DNA from: an uncultured Pseudomonadota bacterium
GTDB taxonomy: Bacteria; Pseudomonadota; Alphaproteobacteria; Rs-D84
Direction of reading: 5' to 3'
NCBI GenBank assembly: GCA_902784345.1
Contig: CACZUD010000002.1
Coordinates: 4,912 to 68,911, forward strand
Length of the DNA stretch: 64,000 nucleotides
Shown here: positions 26,411-36,493 of the stretch, piece after piece
Layout: the number at the start of each line of letters is the position of its first letter
Numbering within the stretch: the first letter of the stretch is position 1
Translations under genes and position numbers: made by a program
The notes under the pieces: model-generated
The model's database searches: none
Seen by the model: the letters and a program-made list of their open reading frames with translations, nothing else
Told to the model about the DNA's origin: nothing

Positions 26411-27838
26411 ATGAATATTCAATTTAGAGATTTAATTAAAAATGCCCCTCTTTCGCCCGGAATATACAAAATGTATGACGGCGAAGGCAATCTTTTATAT
26501 GTCGGCAAAGCCAAGAATTTGTCGAACAGATTACACCAATATGTTGATATTTCTAAACTGGAAAATCACAAACAAGTTATGCGCTCTTTGGTTAAACGAG
26601 TTGAGTGGGAAACGACAAAAACCGATCAAGATGCGCTTATATTGGAACAAAATCTTATAAAAACACTTAAACCGAAATACAATGTTATGCTAACCGATGG
26701 GAAAATGTACCCCATGCTGGCATTAACAAAACATGAATTTCCACGTTTGCTTAAATTCAGGGGCAAAATATCACAACGCAAAGATGTTTTCGGACCATAT
26801 CCGTCTGTTTATGCATTGAACGATACAATAAAAACAATTCAACGCGTTTGTAAAATCAGAACATGCACAGATACTTTTATGAAAAATCGCGTCCGTCCGT
26901 GTCTGCTTTACCAAATTGGTCGTTGCAGTGCACCTTGTTGTGTGCCACAAACAGATTATGATAAAAATGTTCAATTGGCACGCAGAATTTTAACAGGCGA
27001 CAGCGAACCGATAATTGCAGACCTAACAAAAATCATGAAAGAATTTTCTGACAAAATGGATTTTGAAAACGCCGCCATTATTCGCGATAAAATATCTGCA
27101 CTAACAAAAACAACAAATCGCGGTATACGACAGAATCTGCCGTATACATCAAATTTGAACTGGGATAAAAACGTTTCAGATTTTGAAAAATTATTGGGCA
27201 TAAAATTGAACACTGTTGGCGTTTTTGATAATTCGCATTTGTTCGGCAAACACCCCGTTGGTGCAATGATAGCATTCGGCCATGATGGTTTTATCAAATC
27301 TGCATACAGACATTTCAAATTACACGATATACAACGCGCAGGAAACGACATCGCCATGATGCAAGAATTTGTTACACGTGCAATCAACGACGGTCCAAAA
27401 CTAGATTTAATAATTGTAGACGGGGGTATTGCACAATGGAATATTGCGAATCGCGTTTCAAACGGACACATACCTGTATTTGGTGTAACAAAGGGCGAAG
27501 TTCGTAATGGAGATGAACATTTTATTATGGTGGATGGTTCTGAAAAAAGAGATATACCAAAAGATTCGCAATTATTTTTAATGTTACGTGCTGTGCGTGA
27601 CGAAGCACACAGATTTGTTATAACTTATCATCGTTCGATTCGTGCAAAACAATTAACTGCTTCAGTTCTTGATTCTATCGAAGGAATTGGTCCAAAAAGA
27701 AAAAAACAATTGCTGCAACATTTTGGATCTGTACACGCCATAATGGATGCAGATTTAAAAGCTTTGCAATCCGTGCCAGATTTGGGAAAAAGTGCTGCAA
27801 AAAAAATATATGCATATTTCCATTCTGACATGTTATAA
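26411..27838 (+). CDS. uvrC: Excinuclease ABC subunit C
   Basis: GIY-YIG domain (PGIYKMYDGEGNLLYVGKAKNLSNR), Cys cluster CKIRTC...CLLYQIGRCSAPC, UVR motif, C-terminal HhH (IEGIGPKRKKQLLQHFGS). Start trimmed to MNIQFRD. Confidence 0.92.
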   Translation: MNIQFRDLIKNAPLSPGIYKMYDGEGNLLYVGKAKNLSNRLHQYVDISKLENHKQVMRSLVKRVEWETTKTDQDALILEQNLIKTLKPKYNVMLTDGKMYPMLALTKHEFPRLLKFRGKISQRKDVFGPYPSVYALNDTIKTIQRVCKIRTCTDTFMKNRVRPCLLYQIGRCSAPCCVPQTDYDKNVQLARRILTGDSEPIIADLTKIMKEFSDKMDFENAAIIRDKISALTKTTNRGIRQNLPYTSNLNWDKNVSDFEKLLGIKLNTVGVFDNSHLFGKHPVGAMIAFGHDGFIKSAYRHFKLHDIQRAGNDIAMMQEFVTRAINDGPKLDLIIVDGGIAQWNIANRVSNGHIPVFGVTKGEVRNGDEHFIMVDGSEKRDIPKDSQLFLMLRAVRDEAHRFVITYHRSIRAKQLTASVLDSIEGIGPKRKKQLLQHFGSVHAIMDADLKALQSVPDLGKSAAKKIYAYFHSDML

Positions 27839-27866
27839 TACAAGGGTCATAAAAAGGAGTACATTT

Positions 27867-28499
27867 ATGAAAAAATTTGTTAATTTTTTATCTATATTCA
27901 GAATCGCAACTGCATTCGCAATTATACCAACGATGTTGGCTAATTGGTATCTGATTTCCTTTATCCTGTTTGCATTGGGGGCAATATCGGATTGGTTTGA
28001 TGGATATCTGGCCCGTAAATATGATTGCTGTTCAAAGATAGGCGGCGTACTTGATCACATTGGCGATAAATTGTTGGTATGCAACGCTCTGATCTTAGTT
28101 CCATTTATTCCAATTGATATAACATTTATTTCTACTTTCTATACACCAATTGCAAACAAATTATGGTTCTTTATTATACCTGTTATTTTGATGATAGACC
28201 GCGAATTGTATATCAGTGGTTTGCGCGAATTTTTAGGCACACAGAAAATAGAGATGCCTGTTCCAAAGGCACGTTTTTCAATGGGCAAAATCAAAACCAC
28301 GGTTCAAATGATTGCCATTGCTATCATATTATTGGCTGTTTCTATTCACATAATCCCCGGCAACAAAGTATTATTATATATATTATCAAAATTGCCAGAA
28401 ATTGGTGTTGCAGGTTTATGGTTGGCATTGACCGCATCCATTTGGTCGGCCGTCCAATATACAATGACATTTGTTGAAAAATTAAAGAAAATAAAATAA
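27867..28499 (+). CDS. pgsA: CDP-diacylglycerol--glycerol-3-phosphate 3-phosphatidyltransferase
   Basis: CDP-alcohol phosphatidyltransferase motif DWFDGYLAR-x8-G-x3-DHIGD. AAGGAG RBS lies upstream of the ATG at 27867. Confidence 0.85.
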   Translation: MKKFVNFLSIFRIATAFAIIPTMLANWYLISFILFALGAISDWFDGYLARKYDCCSKIGGVLDHIGDKLLVCNALILVPFIPIDITFISTFYTPIANKLWFFIIPVILMIDRELYISGLREFLGTQKIEMPVPKARFSMGKIKTTVQMIAIAIILLAVSIHIIPGNKVLLYILSKLPEIGVAGLWLALTASIWSAVQYTMTFVEKLKKIK

Positions 28500-28516
28500 A
28501 AAAAAAATACACAAAC

Positions 28517-28546
28517 AAAAAAATCCGCTATACGGCGGATTTTTTA
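28517..28546. terminator. Bidirectional terminator between pgsA and parE
   Basis: ATCCGC-tatac-GGCGGAT flanked by an A-run and a T-run. Confidence 0.65.
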
Positions 28547-28563
28547 GTGTTTATAAAATTTAA

Positions 28564-30528
28564 TTATACAAACAAATCTTTAACAAATTGTGCATGTTCT
28601 GTAATAAATTTAAATCTGAATTCAGGTTTTTTACCCATCAAATCATACACCAAAGTTTTTGTTTTTTCTGTATCTTCTTGACCATCTTCTGTTTTTGGTG
28701 GCAAATCAACACGAATTAACCTGCGCGTTTTTGGCGACATTGTTGTTTCTTTTAATTGATTCGGCATCATTTCACCCAGCCCCTTGAATCGAGATATTTC
28801 AACTTTTTTATTTTTGTATTTAGTATTCTTTAATTCTTCTAATTCTTCATCTGTATCAACATAAATAGATTCTGTTCCACAAGTTAGTTTATAAAGTGGC
28901 GGACAAGACAAATACAAATGTCCCCCATAAATAAGTTGTGGCATATATTGATAGAAAAACGCCATTAACAGTGATGCAATATGACTGCCGTCGACATCAG
29001 CATCGGTCATAACAATAATCTTTTCGTATCTAAGTTTTGTTTCATCCCAATCTTTTGCGATTCCTGCACCAATGATATCAATCAAATCATTCAATTCACG
29101 ATTCGCACTGAAACGTTCATCAGAATTAGACAAAACATTTAAAACCTTACCACGCAAAGGCATAATCGCCTGGGTTGCCCTATCTCGTGCTTGCTTAGCC
29201 GTTCCGCCCGCAGATTCACCCTCTACAATAAACAATTCTGTTCCTTCGACACCGTGTTTTGAACAATCTGCCAATTTAGCAGGCATACGAATTCTTTTCG
29301 TTGGTGTTTTACGTGCAACATCTTTGACCTGTTTTGTCTTGATACGTGCATTAGCCAAGTTTATTACAAAATCCAACAACGCATTTGCTGTTTTCGGATC
29401 AGAAGCCAAAAACATTTCCCATGGATCGCGCAAAGCATTTTCTGTATAACGCGCAATTTCAGGATTTGATAATTTTTCTTTGGTCTGACCTAAAAATTGT
29501 GGCGTTTTGTAAAACACAGATACAATTGCTGCAACCGAATCGAAAACATCTTCACTGATAATAGATGCTGCTGCTTTGTTATTTATCTTTTCTCCATATG
29601 CTTTAAGCCCCTTGGTTATAGCAGCCTTGAAGCCGTTTTCATGTGTTCCGCCGTCAATCGTTGCAATAGTGTTACAATAAGATGCAAAGAATCCATCGTC
29701 AGACGCAGCACCATTTTCGTCTGTTAAAACAGTCAAAGCCCATTCAACACGACCACTGTCATCAGGAAAATCGATAGTGCCAGAAAATATCTTTGGCAAA
29801 ATGCGTGGTTTAGACTCTGTTTTTTCTGCAACAAAATCACAAACACCGTTTGGATAATAAAATACTTTATCTGCCGGAATATTCATATCTTCGGTAATCA
29901 AGGCTGGATTACAATGCCATTCAATCTTTACCCCACGCGACAAGAAAGATTTTGCGCGCGCCATACGGTAAATCTTTACCGGTTTAAACACAGCATTTTC
30001 ACCAAAAATCTGGTCATCCAATGTAAATTTAATTTTTGTTCCGTGTCCCTTGGTTGCCGCGCCTTTCGTAATTGGACTGGTTACTTTACCCCTTGAAAAA
30101 GTCTGATTCCATTCAAAACCGTCCCTGGAAATCGTTACGTCCATATTTGAAGAAAGAGCATTTACAACCGCACTGCCCACACCGTGCAAACCACCACTGG
30201 TTTTATAGACATTATTATTGAACTTTCCCCCGGAATGAAGCGTGGTCAAAATAACCTCCAGCGCAGATTTACCAGGGTACTTCGGATGTTCATCAACCGG
30301 AATACCTCGTCCATCATCAGTTATTTCTATGGTTTTGGAATCTATCAAATTAACAACTATCTTTTTAGCAAACCCAGCCACCGCTTCATCAATAGAATTA
30401 TCCATAATTTCGACTGGCAAATGGTGCCATGCTTTTTCATCTGTCCCACCGATATACATCCCTGGACGCAAGCGCACAGGTTCCAAACCCTCTAATACTT
30501 CTATATCCGATGCATCATACTTATTCAT
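28564..30528 (-). CDS. parE: DNA topoisomerase IV subunit B
   Basis: YDASDIEVLEGLEPVRLRPGMYIGG, GHKL ATPase blocks, Toprim EGESAGG and PLRGKVLNV. The ~654-aa length fits ParE rather than GyrB. Start trimmed to MNKYDAS. Confidence 0.85.
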   Translation of the reverse strand: MNKYDASDIEVLEGLEPVRLRPGMYIGGTDEKAWHHLPVEIMDNSIDEAVAGFAKKIVVNLIDSKTIEITDDGRGIPVDEHPKYPGKSALEVILTTLHSGGKFNNNVYKTSGGLHGVGSAVVNALSSNMDVTISRDGFEWNQTFSRGKVTSPITKGAATKGHGTKIKFTLDDQIFGENAVFKPVKIYRMARAKSFLSRGVKIEWHCNPALITEDMNIPADKVFYYPNGVCDFVAEKTESKPRILPKIFSGTIDFPDDSGRVEWALTVLTDENGAASDDGFFASYCNTIATIDGGTHENGFKAAITKGLKAYGEKINNKAAASIISEDVFDSVAAIVSVFYKTPQFLGQTKEKLSNPEIARYTENALRDPWEMFLASDPKTANALLDFVINLANARIKTKQVKDVARKTPTKRIRMPAKLADCSKHGVEGTELFIVEGESAGGTAKQARDRATQAIMPLRGKVLNVLSNSDERFSANRELNDLIDIIGAGIAKDWDETKLRYEKIIVMTDADVDGSHIASLLMAFFYQYMPQLIYGGHLYLSCPPLYKLTCGTESIYVDTDEELEELKNTKYKNKKVEISRFKGLGEMMPNQLKETTMSPKTRRLIRVDLPPKTEDGQEDTEKTKTLVYDLMGKKPEFRFKFITEHAQFVKDLFV

Positions 30529-30695
30529 ACTTTTTCCTATCTTTATCAAGGTATTATTATAACATTTTTGAATTTTTATCAAGGCAAAACCGTTGTTATC
30601 GCCTAAAAACAGCAAAAAAATAGTCAAAAACAACTCTTGATTTTTAATATAATATACCTATATATTTCATACAAAGTTAATTAACAGGTAGAAAA

Positions 30696-31823
30696 ATGAA
30701 CAAAAATCCTTATGAAGTTTTGGGTGTTGCACGCGATGCCAGCGATGCAGATATAAAAAAGGCGTACCACAAACTGGTTATGAAATATCACCCTGATAAA
30801 AACCCTGGTGATAAAACCGCCGAAGAAAAATTCAAAGAAGTCAATAATGCTTTTGATATTTTAAAAGACCCACAAAAACGTGCGGCTTATGACCGATTCG
30901 GTGATGCTGCTTTTGCTGGTGGGAACGGTGCCAGTGCTGGCGCAGGCGGTTTTGGTGGCAACCCATTTGGAAATGGCTCTTTCCATTTTAACGGTGGTGA
31001 CATGGGCGGCATGGAAGATATTTTACGTGAAGCCATGCGCGGATTTGGATTCGCTGGTGGTGGATTTGGCGAAGGGGCGCCGCGCCAACAACGTGGACGC
31101 GATTTACTGGACGAAGTTGTGATTGATTTAAAAGACGCATTTTTCGGTACAACGCACACAGTAAAATTTTCCAGTAATGTAAAATGTGAAAAATGTTACG
31201 GTCATGGAACGGCAGACGGCAAACCCGCAAAACCTTGCCCGACATGTGGTGGTTCTGGATATGTCCATACACGCCAAGGATTTTTTGCGGTTGAAACACC
31301 ATGCCCCGATTGTCAGGGACTCGGCAAAAAGATAGATAAAAAATGCAGCGCATGTGATGGCACTGGTACTGTGAACAAACAAAGAACATTGGATGTAAAA
31401 ATTCCGGCCGGCATTATGGATGGTGCAAGATTGCGCATGGCTGGTATGGGCGAAGCGGCCCCGAATGGTGGTGAAAGTGGCGACTTTTACATAGACGTTC
31501 ATATTAAACCGAACAAGACCTTTGAACGCGTGGGTAACGATTTGCTGATGCACCAAGATTTAGATTTCGCAACATTGGCGCTTGGCGGCGAAATAGAAAT
31601 CGAAACTTTGGACGACAAAAAATTATCAGTAAAAATCCCAAGTGGCACACAGGTAGGTGAAAAATTACGTGTTCGCGGACATGGTATGCCAAACGGTCGT
31701 GGTGGCTTTGGTGATTTGTATATAGAAATCGGGATTACAATTCCAAAGAAATTAACCGAAAAACAAAAGAAAGCCCTTTCCGAATTCGCCGGCATCAAAA
31801 ACGAAAAGAAAGGCTGGTTTTAA
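30696..31823 (+). CDS. dnaJ: Chaperone DnaJ
   Basis: J-domain with HPD ([10 protein letters not shown]), G/F-rich region, and four CxxCxG zinc motifs. Confidence 0.95.
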   Translation: MNKNPYEVLGVARDASDADIKKAYHKLVMKYHPDKNPGDKTAEEKFKEVNNAFDILKDPQKRAAYDRFGDAAFAGGNGASAGAGGFGGNPFGNGSFHFNGGDMGGMEDILREAMRGFGFAGGGFGEGAPRQQRGRDLLDEVVIDLKDAFFGTTHTVKFSSNVKCEKCYGHGTADGKPAKPCPTCGGSGYVHTRQGFFAVETPCPDCQGLGKKIDKKCSACDGTGTVNKQRTLDVKIPAGIMDGARLRMAGMGEAAPNGGESGDFYIDVHIKPNKTFERVGNDLLMHQDLDFATLALGGEIEIETLDDKKLSVKIPSGTQVGEKLRVRGHGMPNGRGGFGDLYIEIGITIPKKLTEKQKKALSEFAGIKNEKKGWF

Positions 31824-31862
31824 AAATAAAAAAAACATCGCCCAAACGGGCGGTGTTTTCTT
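31824..31862. terminator. Bidirectional terminator between dnaJ and dnaA
   Basis: ATCGCCC-aaac-GGGCGGT. It differs from the 18171..18188 hairpin at one stem position (ATCGCCC vs ACCGCCC). Confidence 0.65.
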
Positions 31863-31891
31863 TCTCCTCTTTTGTTCTATGAACAAAACTT

Positions 31892-33166
31892 TTATTTGCA
31901 CAATTTTATCATATCTTCGATTTCTGCATTCAATATCAAATCTGTGGTCTTTTGTTTTTCAATTTGGCTCAGCGCATAAACAACTGTTGCATGATCACGT
32001 CCACCACATACATTTCCAATTTCTGACAAAGATAAATTAGTTGCACATTTTAATGCTGCCATCATTATTTGACGTGCACGAACCAGACGACGAGTACGAG
32101 CATTTCCACAAATTTCATCAAATGATACTGACATTTTTTCGCACATTGCCTTTACCATTGATAATGGTGTTTTTGCTTTATTCAAAACATCTCCCAATAA
32201 TTTAGATGCAACTTCCATATTTACACGTTCACCCATCAATTCTGTGTATGTTTTGATTTTATTGATAATGCCGTTAACCATGTGTCCATCACCACTTATT
32301 TGTTTTGACAATTCGTCCGCGACACCAGCGTCAACCCCACCACGAACCAACATAGAACGACGAACATACGCGTTTGGTGCAACAACATCTACAACCAAAC
32401 CAGATGCCAACAAAGATTGAATACGTCTGTCGAAACCATTTAATGCACTTGGTGCACAATTTGCAGTTAAAACAATTGTTTTACCATTCGCGCGCAAATC
32501 CATCATCAGTTGTAAGAATTCTTCACTTGTTGCACGTTTCCCAGCCAGCGCACACACATCATCCATAATGAACATATCACAATTACGGCAAAAATCTTTG
32601 AAAGAAAAGATCGTTTTATCACGCAACGCACGTGCAAAATCAGCAACAAATTGACCACCAGACATTCTCACCACGTTTTTATCTGTGGTATCACAAATGC
32701 AATCTAACAACAGTGATTTACCGGAACCCGCTGGACCATAAATAAATAATTGAGAAAACGATGCGTCACCCATCGCAATTTTTTTACATGCCGCCACAGC
32801 AAACATATTTTCATCATTTGATATAAAAGAAGCAAAACCGTTTTTATTTTTAACTTCTTGTTTTATTGGTTTGAATTCACAAACTACATTATCATTAGCA
32901 GATTTTACAAAAGTATTTTTTGCACAAACAGACACATTTAAATCTAAAAGAAAATCCGCCGCTACATTCTTCAGGATATTTCCATATTCCCTTTTAATAT
33001 AGTCGGCGGTAAATTGATTTTGCGCAACAAGGTTCAAACAGCTTCCACACAATTCCACACTTAACGGTGCTATCCAGGCAGTGAATCCGGCAGAATCTAT
33101 TTTGGCCGCAATCGCCCCCATCACAGATTCTATATTTATACTTTTGTTTATCGCTGTCACTTGCAT
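31892..33166 (-). CDS. dnaA: Chromosomal replication initiator DnaA
   Basis: Walker A GPAGSGKSLL, box VII region, and C-terminal DNA-binding helix SLSEIGNVCGGRDHATVVYA. Confidence 0.93.
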   Translation of the reverse strand: MQVTAINKSINIESVMGAIAAKIDSAGFTAWIAPLSVELCGSCLNLVAQNQFTADYIKREYGNILKNVAADFLLDLNVSVCAKNTFVKSANDNVVCEFKPIKQEVKNKNGFASFISNDENMFAVAACKKIAMGDASFSQLFIYGPAGSGKSLLLDCICDTTDKNVVRMSGGQFVADFARALRDKTIFSFKDFCRNCDMFIMDDVCALAGKRATSEEFLQLMMDLRANGKTIVLTANCAPSALNGFDRRIQSLLASGLVVDVVAPNAYVRRSMLVRGGVDAGVADELSKQISGDGHMVNGIINKIKTYTELMGERVNMEVASKLLGDVLNKAKTPLSMVKAMCEKMSVSFDEICGNARTRRLVRARQIMMAALKCATNLSLSEIGNVCGGRDHATVVYALSQIEKQKTTDLILNAEIEDMIKLCK

Positions 33167-33411
33167 TTTCGTTTTCCCTTTTCCCTTCCTTTAAAAAAGA
33201 GTTTCCGTCAGCAGTTAAAAAACACTTTGTACATAAAGTATTTTTTATGCCGTCTATTCTCTTTTTTCTCACTTTGCTGATTGATTAAGAATCAACCATT
33301 TCGATGTTCAACAATGTATAAGATTAATTTCTGTTTGCAACCGAATGTTGATTTATTTTTGAACATTTATTTTTTGACAACGATTCGTTTTTTTATTGGT
33401 TTTTCGCACTT

Positions 33412-33432
33412 TGTATATACACTGTATATACA
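33412..33432. promoter_or_regulatory. Tandem pair of perfect 10-bp palindromes TGTATATACA
   Basis: TGTATATACA at 33412..33421 and 33423..33432, separated by 1 nt, in the dprA/dnaA intergenic region about 250 bp upstream of the dnaA ATG. Confidence 0.35.
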
Positions 33433-33441
33433 TTAAAAAAA

Positions 33442-34452
33442 TCAATTTAAAACATAACCGCCATCTTGTTTTCTTATTAAACCTTGTAATTCTAAAACAA
33501 TTAAATCAGACTTAATTTCCGAAACAGTTTTTTTGACAAGATTTGCCAATACAGATTCTGACACTGGAATCATTCCTAGCTTATCTAAAATTTCATTTTC
33601 TTGGTTAATGTTTTTTTTATTTTTTACTTCTTTTACATCCGCAAAAAAATCTTTTGACGAAGTACACATTATCGCATTGCCGCTTTTAATTAAAGAGTTT
33701 GGACCTGCGCTTCGCGCATCAACAGGATGTCCAGGTACCGCGAACACTTTTTTATTATAATCTATTGCGAATCGTGCAGTGGTCATACTGCCAGATTTTG
33801 CATCTGCTTCACCAACAATTAATGTATCAGAGATAGCCGCAATCCAACGATTCCTTTGCACAAAGTTCTGTCCGTTCGGCACCATACCAACAGGCATTTC
33901 ACTTATCAACGCACCACGTTCCAATATTTCATAATATAACGATTCGTTTTCCAGTGGCCATATATAATCAACACCGCCCGCCAACACAGCAACCGTTTGC
34001 GAATCGCCATTGGCATTCAAAGCCCCACGATGTGCTGCACTATCCGTTCCCATCGCCATACCAGAAACAACTGCAACATTATGATTTGCAAATTCATTTG
34101 CGATTTCTGATATAAAGTTCATGCCTGCCACAGTTGCGTGTCGCGTTCCAACAATTGATACACACCTTTTAGATAATGTTGACACATTTCCACGAACACT
34201 TATAACAATCGGGTGATTTCTTACATTTAATAAACCATTTGGATAACGCGGATCTGTATCACATATATATTCTATTCCTAAATCAAAAGCCTGTTCCATT
34301 TCGCGTTTAACCGAATCAACAAAATCTTCATCTGAATTCAAATATTCAAGAATATTTTCATCGGCACCAAATTCATCTAATAACGCCCTGTATTTAACAG
34401 GTCCTATTCCTGGCGACCTTAATATCAAAAGTTTATTCAACATATCTTTCAT
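33442..34452 (-). CDS. dprA: DNA-processing protein DprA
   Basis: Rossmann-like DprA core IVGTRHATVAGMNF, VVSGMAMGTDSAAHRGAL and SGSMTTARFA. Confidence 0.9.
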   Translation of the reverse strand: MKDMLNKLLILRSPGIGPVKYRALLDEFGADENILEYLNSDEDFVDSVKREMEQAFDLGIEYICDTDPRYPNGLLNVRNHPIVISVRGNVSTLSKRCVSIVGTRHATVAGMNFISEIANEFANHNVAVVSGMAMGTDSAAHRGALNANGDSQTVAVLAGGVDYIWPLENESLYYEILERGALISEMPVGMVPNGQNFVQRNRWIAAISDTLIVGEADAKSGSMTTARFAIDYNKKVFAVPGHPVDARSAGPNSLIKSGNAIMCTSSKDFFADVKEVKNKKNINQENEILDKLGMIPVSESVLANLVKKTVSEIKSDLIVLELQGLIRKQDGGYVLN

Positions 34453-34455
34453 AAC

Positions 34456-34488
34456 AAAAAAGATTGTAGAACAAACCTACAATCTTTT
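34456..34488 (-). terminator. Hairpin terminator between the 34512 gene and dprA
   Basis: 13-bp stem AAAAAGATTGTAG-aacaaac-CTACAATCTTTTT. Confidence 0.6.
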
Positions 34489-34511
34489 TAAGTAAAAAGT
34501 GTACCATAACT

Positions 34512-35324
34512 CTATTTGTTTCCAAATTCTGCGATCAAACTACTATACTTTTCACAATAATCCGCACTAGGATTTTTTTCACAAGCTTCCCTCATTGTTT
34601 TCAAAGCCGCAACTATTTTATCATATTGTGGATCTTTCTTTTCTTTATATGTCAACAACAGGGAACGATAAAGTTGTTGTTGTTCCAAAGCTTTTTGTCC
34701 TTGGACTTTACCACCAATCAGTTTATTTCCGAATAATTCCATTGCGCCGACACCGACACCCGCACCACCAACGGCCCCAAGCACTATACCACCAACACGA
34801 TTACCCTTTTTGGCAGCCAAGATACGATCTTCCATTTCTTTTTCGCTGACCCAAGAACCGCATTTAATCGCTTCGCCCCATGTAAAATACTTTGGTTTTA
34901 CATCAGAAACAGATATTCTCGATTCGTCATCAGATTTCAATTCAACACGAACAAAACAAACATTATTTTGTGGATTCTTAACATCTTCGACCATTGTTGC
35001 ATAATTAGAAGCGTCACTGTAACGCGAAGCCCAAACAAAAGTATTTCCAATACCTATATTATTATTTATACAGGCATTACGTTCTGCTTCACGTCTATCA
35101 ATTTCCGGTTCTTTTTCTGGTTCCACCGTACCAAGCGATTCAACTGTATTATTTGGCATAACAGAACCATTAACATTAGCAATTGCATTCAGTTGATTAA
35201 CAGATGCAGTATAACGTTCTGGCGCAGCCATAATCTTGTTTGACATTGCAGGGCGACTGTTGTTCGCCGCAAAAGCACCAAAAGAAACCAATGATAAAAC
35301 AAAAAATGATACAAAACGTTTCAT
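34512..35324 (-). CDS. Secreted protein with a glycine-zipper segment, unknown function
   Basis: Signal peptide MKRFVSFFVLSLVSFGAFA, then GGIVLGAVGGAGVGVGAM, a glycine-zipper-type hydrophobic segment. Start trimmed to MKRF. Confidence 0.55.
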   Translation of the reverse strand: MKRFVSFFVLSLVSFGAFAANNSRPAMSNKIMAAPERYTASVNQLNAIANVNGSVMPNNTVESLGTVEPEKEPEIDRREAERNACINNNIGIGNTFVWASRYSDASNYATMVEDVKNPQNNVCFVRVELKSDDESRISVSDVKPKYFTWGEAIKCGSWVSEKEMEDRILAAKKGNRVGGIVLGAVGGAGVGVGAMELFGNKLIGGKVQGQKALEQQQLYRSLLLTYKEKKDPQYDKIVAALKTMREACEKNPSADYCEKYSSLIAEFGNK

Positions 35325-35392
35325 GATATTTTCCCTCTTTATGCACTCTATTATATCACAAAAACGACAAAAAAACAAACAGAATGTCTATA

Positions 35393-35980
35393 TTATTTCT
35401 TCCATTTCCATTCTATTTTTGATTCCTGGCCTTGAAACAAACGCACAATATTTGCCTTGTGTCGAACCAAACATAACAAAGCTATCGCCAAAAATGCGAA
35501 ACCAATACCTTTTCCCATAATAAACCCAAACACAGGCATCAAACAAAAAACCGTCAAAGCGCCAGCGGAAGAAAAACCCGTCCCCAGCGCAATCAACAAC
35601 CATTCTATACCTTCCACAACGAACAATACAGGATTAACCGCAATTAACACCCCAAATAATGCGGACACCCCCTTGCCACCACGAAAACCCAACCAAACAG
35701 GGAAACAATGTCCAATAATTGCCACAAAACCGCACCAGACACCAAAAGTATCACCACCGACATAACGACCAATTAAAACAGCCGCTATTGCCTTTGCCAT
35801 ATCCAAAATCCAAGTCAGTCCAGCCAAACGAAGTCCGCCTACCCGCATAACATTTGTGGCGCCAATATTGCCAGAACCCACCTTGCGTAAATCACCTTTG
35901 TTAAACACCTTTGCCACCAACAGCCCAAAAGGTATTGATCCCAGCAGATAAGAAATAATTAAAGAAAAAAAGTATAACAT
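35393..35980 (-). CDS. plsY: Glycerol-3-phosphate acyltransferase PlsY
   Basis: YLLGSIPFGLLVAK, GSGNIGATNV and GGKGV motifs. Start trimmed to MLYFFS. Confidence 0.9.
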   Translation of the reverse strand: MLYFFSLIISYLLGSIPFGLLVAKVFNKGDLRKVGSGNIGATNVMRVGGLRLAGLTWILDMAKAIAAVLIGRYVGGDTFGVWCGFVAIIGHCFPVWLGFRGGKGVSALFGVLIAVNPVLFVVEGIEWLLIALGTGFSSAGALTVFCLMPVFGFIMGKGIGFAFLAIALLCLVRHKANIVRLFQGQESKIEWKWKK

Positions 35981-36054
35981 TGTTATTTTCCCTTGATTTT
36001 GTGTTTGTTTTCTATAAAATAACAGAAAACCATATAAAATAAAAGGAAAATAAA

Positions 36055-36315
36055 GTGGCAAATCATAAATCTTGTAAGAAAAGAATTTTGGTAACGAAAA
36101 AAAAGAATGCAATTAATACTGCACGTCGCAGCGCCGTTAAAACAGAAACAAAAAAAGCATTGAAAGCAATTGAATCTGGCGACAAAGCGGCTGCTGTTGC
36201 TGCAACACGCGCAGCAGAAAGCAAAATTATGAAAGCGGCTGGCAAAACAATGTCAAAGAAAACTGCTTCTAGAAAAGTTGCACGTCTTGCAAAAAAAGTT
36301 GCAAAAATCGCTTAA
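36055..36315 (+). CDS. rpsT: 30S ribosomal protein S20
   Basis: MANHKSCKKRI..., a basic Ala/Lys-rich 86 aa. GTG start. Confidence 0.9.
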   Translation: MANHKSCKKRILVTKKKNAINTARRSAVKTETKKALKAIESGDKAAAVAATRAAESKIMKAAGKTMSKKTASRKVARLAKKVAKIA

Positions 36316-36337
36316 TTAAGTTTTTCTTAAAAAAAAC

Positions 36338-36366
36338 AAACCGCCTGCTTGGGCGGTGTTTTTTGT
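36338..36366 (+). terminator. rpsT terminator
   Basis: ACCGCC-tgcttg-GGCGGT followed by GTTTTTTG. Confidence 0.7.
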
Positions 36367-36390
36367 ATTCTATAATTATCCCGAATTATA

Positions 36391-36493
36391 AAATTAAATA
36401 GAATTGTTTAGATGCGAAGTTGTCGGCAAGTGCAGTGTAGTAAACCTACATAAACGCGCCGACAACCAGCAGATGAATAATTATATTTAATTT
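36391..36493. repeat. Long imperfect palindrome (~36-nt arms) with a nested hairpin
   Basis: Left arm aaattaaatagaattgtttagatgcgaagttgtcggc pairs with right arm gccgacaaccagcagatgaataattatatttaattt. The ends pair for 10+4+2 bp and the inner part for 9 bp, around an internal loop. The central loop holds TGTAG-taaac-CTACA. Confidence 0.55.

Noticed and set aside
33167-33441. oriC next to dnaA.
   Set aside because: There is no cluster of DnaA boxes. The only exact TTATCCACA 9-mers I found are inside tolB (16286..16294) and the PBP gene (63654..63662). dnaN and rpmH are not adjacent, and alphaproteobacterial origins are often not beside dnaA. I cannot compute GC skew here.
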